From Myxococcales bacterium (GTDB lineage: Bacteria > Myxococcota_A > Polyangia > Polyangiales > Polyangiaceae): a DNA stretch of 36,478 nucleotides. The translations under genes and the position numbers were made by a program. Location of the stretch: the NCBI GenBank assembly GCA_013298325.1, contig JAAFHJ010000001.1, forward strand, positions 1 through 36,478, given 5' to 3'. The notes beneath the pieces were generated by a model, which was not told the origin of the DNA, searched no databases, and saw only the letters and a program-made list of their open reading frames with translations. Positions 32,957 to 36,478 of the stretch are shown one piece after another; position 1 is the stretch's first letter, and the number at the start of each line of letters is the position of its first letter.

Positions 32957-34474
32957 TCATGCGCGGTTTGCCTTTCGGTTCCGGACCATCCCGATAACCC
33001 ACTTGATATCGTCGGTTGCGATCGCCTTTGTCCCAAAAACAATGACGAGATATACGAGGCCATCGAGGATCAATCGCGGCTGCCCGAGGGGGGCCGCAAG
33101 GCGATGGACTGCGGCGGTCACCCCAAACGCGGCGAGCGATTTTACAAGGGCCAGGACGCTCCGAAGGTCGAACGCGCGGCGACCGAGCGCCGTAAAGAAT
33201 GCGATCGCGACGTACGCTTCGAGGACGGTAAAGACAATTGCATCACCGACGCCGGCGCCGCCACGTCCGAAATGATCGCGCGCGTAGGGCACGACGAGCA
33301 GCATCAAGACGGGCTGAAGAATCAGACGAGACAGCGAAATGAGCGTCACCGTCCAGCTACGATTTTGGATGATGAGTGCCGTGGCCAGAAGCATCGCAAT
33401 GTACGTAAAGACGAAGCTCGGTGCGAGTTGCGCCAGGCTTGCCGCCCCCGGAAGGTACTTGGAGCCGCTCGCGGCGCGCATCCACGTCTCGGCGCCGAGG
33501 CTGATCATCATCGTCGCCGGGATTGCGACGAGCAAGATCCCTTCGATGGCGCGGCGCAAAATTGCAAAGAATTCCGACTCATCGCGCTTAACCGCCCGTG
33601 TGAGGAGCGGCGTAATCACCCATCCTTCAAGGGGGGCCAAGAGCATCGCGAGGGACGCAATACTCTGGGCTGCGCCGTAGAAGCCGACCTCCTCATCGAC
33701 CCCCTTCACCAAGCCGCGAAGCAGGGTGACATCCACCTTATTTCCCATCGTATAACTGATGGTATTCACGAAGAAAGGAATGCTCGTAATCAATGCTGCT
33801 TTCGCAGCGGCACCGTTCCAGCGGAGCTCGAGATTCAATTCCTTGCGGACGGCCGGCACGAGGACGGTCGCTTTGAGGAGCTCACCTGCGAGGAGTGGCG
33901 CGGCCAACACCGCGAAGTTGCGCGTAAAAAATAGCGTTCCAACGACGGCCGCCCCCCAAAGGAGCTTCGTCGCGACGTTAGCGATGGCGAGCTTGCCGAC
34001 CTTCGTCGACGCCTGAAGGAGCGCGGCAAGCGAGTTATTGATTGCGGTCATCGCGTAGGCGAGGCCGAAGACGAAGACCGCCCCGAGGAGGGCCGGATCG
34101 CTCTCTTTGCTGAACGCAAAGGCCATCAGTCCGGCGAGGAGCGCGCTCATCACACCGAGGCGGATGACGAGCGTTCCTCCAAAGAAATCACTGGCATGCT
34201 CGGGGCGTACCGAGACCTCCCGTTGAATGTAGGTGTCGAGACCGAGGCTGGCGAAGACGAAGGCAAGCGCCGCCGTACTGTCGGCCCAGAGGTAGCGGCC
34301 AAAGAGTTCGGGCCCGAGGTAGCGCTGGTGAAGGAAACGCGCGCCGAGGCCGACGATCCACGTCGCGGTGAGCGAAAGTCCGAGCTTCAGCGCGTTCTTC
34401 AGCGCGACCGAAACATCACGATCCATCGCCTTTTCTGCATTCGGCGCCGGCGCCCCGGTCGACTCTTCAGACAT
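32957..34474 (-). CDS. Polysaccharide/oligosaccharide flippase (Wzx-like, MOP superfamily)
   Basis: The roughly 505-aa product has 12-14 predicted TM segments and the typical N-terminus ...ALKNALKLGLSLTATWIVGLGARFLHQRYLGPELFG. The start is at MSEESTG (ATG 34474). Confidence 0.8.
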   Translation of the reverse strand: MSEESTGAPAPNAEKAMDRDVSVALKNALKLGLSLTATWIVGLGARFLHQRYLGPELFGRYLWADSTAALAFVFASLGLDTYIQREVSVRPEHASDFFGGTLVIRLGVMSALLAGLMAFAFSKESDPALLGAVFVFGLAYAMTAINNSLAALLQASTKVGKLAIANVATKLLWGAAVVGTLFFTRNFAVLAAPLLAGELLKATVLVPAVRKELNLELRWNGAAAKAALITSIPFFVNTISYTMGNKVDVTLLRGLVKGVDEEVGFYGAAQSIASLAMLLAPLEGWVITPLLTRAVKRDESEFFAILRRAIEGILLVAIPATMMISLGAETWMRAASGSKYLPGAASLAQLAPSFVFTYIAMLLATALIIQNRSWTVTLISLSRLILQPVLMLLVVPYARDHFGRGGAGVGDAIVFTVLEAYVAIAFFTALGRRAFDLRSVLALVKSLAAFGVTAAVHRLAAPLGQPRLILDGLVYLVIVFGTKAIATDDIKWVIGMVRNRKANRA

Positions 34475-34535
34475 AGGGGCGCGAGCGTACACAAGGCGGC
34501 GCCGCGCTGTCTGAAATGTCGGCGAAGAGCGACAA

Positions 34536-35444
34536 TCAAGCGGGAATCGCCGTCCGAACGGCGGCGGTGTCTAGCTCTCCGAAGACAGGAAGTTCCAAAA
34601 GATCAAGAACTTCCCGCGGCTCCTGCAGGCGTCCTGCGAGGCGGTCGGCGAGGCGCGCGAGGACGAGCACGAGCGCCATCGTTCCGAGGAGACCGGACAG
34701 AATTGCGAGGAGCGCGATCGGCTTCGTCGGCCCCTCGGGGACCTCCGCGTCGCGGGTGACCTGGTATTTCGCCGCAAAGACGCTCTGTGCCGCCTGGAGG
34801 CGCGCCGGGTCGTGGGCTTCGAGGACCTTCACCTCGGTCGCGTAGCGGGTCGCCAGGAACTGGGTCGTCGCCGCGTTTGCGATGGCTGCAGCCGCTTCGG
34901 GCGTTGCCGCCTCCGCGTGAATTTCAATGCGCGGGCCGTCCACAACCCCGTGGATGGCGAGATCTTTTCCAGATTTGCGGCCCAACAAACGTTGAATCTG
35001 CGGAGCAAATGACGGCACCTCTTTGCGTGCGAGGAGGTCGGCGGGGAGGGAACCTTCCACCGCGCGGGCCGTCGGTCGTGAGGCGATTTGGGCGAGGTAC
35101 TCTTTCTGCTCATCGGAGAGACCGACAACGTATCCAGCCGCCGGCGCCTCGGCCAACGCGCTCCGCACGACAAGAATCTCGGAAGTCGCGCGGTACTCGC
35201 GTGGCACGATCATCGAGGCGGCCGCCGTTGTAAATCCGCCGAATAAAAGCACAAGGGCGACGAGCACCGGACGCCGCATCGCAGCCCGTGCGGCGCCCAG
35301 CAACGGTTCCGCAAGACTTGCCTCCTCAGCCGCGGGCTGCGACGTGCTTGGCGATGCCGAACCCTCCGTCCGGGAAACGCCTGGAAAACGAGGATTGGTG
35401 GCCGGTCGAAAGAGCGTTTCTTCTGCGCGAGAAAAAATGGGCAT
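34536..35444 (-). CDS. Polysaccharide co-polymerase (Wzz/PCP-like) protein lacking a kinase domain
   Basis: It has two TM segments (RRPVLVALVLLFGGFTTAAASMIV near the N-terminus, PIALLAILSGLLGTMALVLVLARLA near the C-terminus) flanking a roughly 200-aa periplasmic region. Its C-terminal tail is paralogous to that of the next gene (ADRLAGRLQEPREVLDLLELPVFGE versus ADRMSGIFYEPKHVRDLLRLPVLGE). I start it at MPIFSRAEE (ATG 35444). The upstream track extension looks non-coding. Confidence 0.65.
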   Translation of the reverse strand: MPIFSRAEETLFRPATNPRFPGVSRTEGSASPSTSQPAAEEASLAEPLLGAARAAMRRPVLVALVLLFGGFTTAAASMIVPREYRATSEILVVRSALAEAPAAGYVVGLSDEQKEYLAQIASRPTARAVEGSLPADLLARKEVPSFAPQIQRLLGRKSGKDLAIHGVVDGPRIEIHAEAATPEAAAAIANAATTQFLATRYATEVKVLEAHDPARLQAAQSVFAAKYQVTRDAEVPEGPTKPIALLAILSGLLGTMALVLVLARLADRLAGRLQEPREVLDLLELPVFGELDTAAVRTAIPA

Positions 35445-35776
35445 GGCTGACTCCGAATTCCGTTCTGAGAATGAATGGTTCCCAGATACGGAGGGGAAAG
35501 TCGGCAGCCACTTGGTGCCTTTGAGACCTCGCGGTCTGAACGGAGGTTGCGCGGCGAGGCGGAGGCCACTGGCGCGCAGTCTGGCCAAGCGGCGGCAGAC
35601 GTGGACGCGGCCAAGACCCCGATACCCGGAGCAGTGGTATAACTTGGCCGAGCGCGAAGCGTAGCACGGGACATCCAAGTGCCAAACGCGTGCGGCTTCT
35701 CGAAGAGGGGTCCAACGCTCAGTCGTGCTCGCCGTTTCCTCAGCGCCGATGGCGCTTCCGGGCGAACGAGTACGAG

Positions 35777-35811
35777 AAACCCCGGAGTTCTCCAAAGAGA
35801 ATCCGGGGTTT
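35777..35811 (-). terminator. Hairpin downstream of the upstream PCP gene (terminator-like)
   Basis: A perfect 10-bp stem: AAACCCCGGA (35777-35786) and TCCGGGGTTT (35802-35811), with a 15-nt loop. It lies 21 nt after the stop at 35832. On the minus strand the 3' arm ends in GGGGTTT. Confidence 0.5.
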
Positions 35812-35831
35812 GAGGAAAAGGTAACCCGAGA

Positions 35832-36478
35832 TCAGGTCACTTCGTTTTCGCGGAATTCGCCAAGCACGGGAAGGCGGAGCAGGTCGCGGACGTGCTTCGG
35901 TTCGTAGAAGATGCCGCTCATGCGGTCGGCGATCGCGGCAAGAACCAAGATGAGGAACATCGTGGCGAAGGCGCCACCGAGAGCCACCGTGAGGCCGACA
36001 GGCTTCTTCGGGGATCGCGGCTCCGTGGCAGGCCTCGAGATCGTGTACTTCTTCTTGAAGGCTGCTTCTGCAGTCTTGTACTTTGCACCCAATTCGTCGA
36101 TGTCGCGGGTGCGATCGTCGTAGAGCCCTCGGTAGAACTCGTACTTCTGGACGACGTCCTTCCCTTCCGGCGGCTTCGGCGTCGCGGCGGTCGCGGCAGC
36201 CGCTTCGAGGGTCGCTTTCGCGGTCGGAGCCACCACTTTGGGCTTCGGCGCATCCGATCCGAGGGTCGCGAGCTGCTGCTCGTACCCAGAAGCCTGTGAG
36301 CGGAAATTCGCCAGGTCGGGGCTGTCCTTCTGAGCCTGCTGGAGCTGGGCGTTCAGGGCGATGATCTGGGGGTGCTGCTCGCCGAGGGTCGACTTGGCAG
36401 TAGTCAGCTTCTCTTGAAGTTCCGCAACTTTGGCAACCTTGGCCTCGTCGAGGGGGCGCATCTGATTGCGCACCTGGG
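35832..36478 (-). CDS. Polysaccharide co-polymerase (PCP, GumC/ExoP-N-terminal-like), N-terminus beyond the window edge
   Basis: It has a coiled-coil periplasmic region with LGEQHPQIIALNAQLQQAQ (the PCP-typical 'HP' motif) and a C-terminal TM (GLTVALGGAFATMFLILVLAAIA). It ends shortly afterwards with no BY-kinase domain. The frame stays open to the window end. Confidence 0.7.
   Translation of the reverse strand, partial: QVRNQMRPLDEAKVAKVAELQEKLTTAKSTLGEQHPQIIALNAQLQQAQKDSPDLANFRSQASGYEQQLATLGSDAPKPKVVAPTAKATLEAAAATAATPKPPEGKDVVQKYEFYRGLYDDRTRDIDELGAKYKTAEAAFKKKYTISRPATEPRSPKKPVGLTVALGGAFATMFLILVLAAIADRMSGIFYEPKHVRDLLRLPVLGEFRENEVT

Noticed and set aside
35504-35684. Two sigma-54-like elements on the minus strand in the PCP leader: TGGCAC-N5-TGTC (35670-35684) and GGCAC...GCTGC (35504-35521).
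   Set aside because: The first lacks the conserved -12 GC. In the second, the GG-to-GC spacing is off by one nucleotide. Sigma-54 promoters tolerate little spacing variation, so I treat both as chance matches.
1-36478. Scanned for mobile elements, integrases, CRISPR arrays, tRNA/rRNA genes, toxin-antitoxin pairs and known defence-system hallmarks (reverse transcriptases, large nucleases or helicases).
   Set aside because: I recognised none on either strand. The lower-GC patches (GT2 gene near 9.7-9.9 kb, efflux permease and ATPase at 26.2-27.6 kb) lack flanking repeats or integrase genes.

Overview
This is a high-GC (about 65% by eye) chromosomal segment, very probably from a myxobacterium. 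Supporting signs are a MYXO-CTERM-type sorting tail, at least eight lipobox lipoproteins, a Hanks kinase and a serpin. I support about 31 protein-coding genes, two of them cut by the window edges. I found no rRNA, tRNA, CRISPR array, transposase or recognisable defence gene. Housekeeping genes (phosphohexomutase, prmC, old-yellow-enzyme reductase, class I nrdAB) are interleaved with secreted or lipoprotein hydrolases. The main blocks are: (1) 3.8-9.0 kb, a same-strand cluster of lipoprotein serpin, unknown lipoprotein, MYXO-CTERM metalloprotease and Cys-rich mini-lipoprotein; (2) 13.4-19.4 kb, nrdAB followed by cell-wall-hydrolase-like genes; (3) 24.2-29.2 kb, a TetR-headed DevBCA/TolC-type efflux operon that looks lower in GC; (4) 29.2-36.5 kb, a polysaccharide-type locus with a Wzx flippase, two kinase-less PCP paralogues, a tail-anchored Ser/Thr kinase coupled to an esterase, and an SGNH hydrolase with a large insertion. 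Nine gene junctions are 4-nt ATGA/GTGA start/stop overlaps. The best candidate for something undescribed is the serpin/unknown-lipoprotein pair next to the surface metalloprotease. The Hanks-kinase/esterase/SGNH unit in the polysaccharide locus comes second. All functional calls come from motif recognition by eye, with no database search or computation, and should be confirmed by HMM/BLAST. Many long ORFs in the supplied track are antisense GC artefacts or carry false N-terminal extensions.
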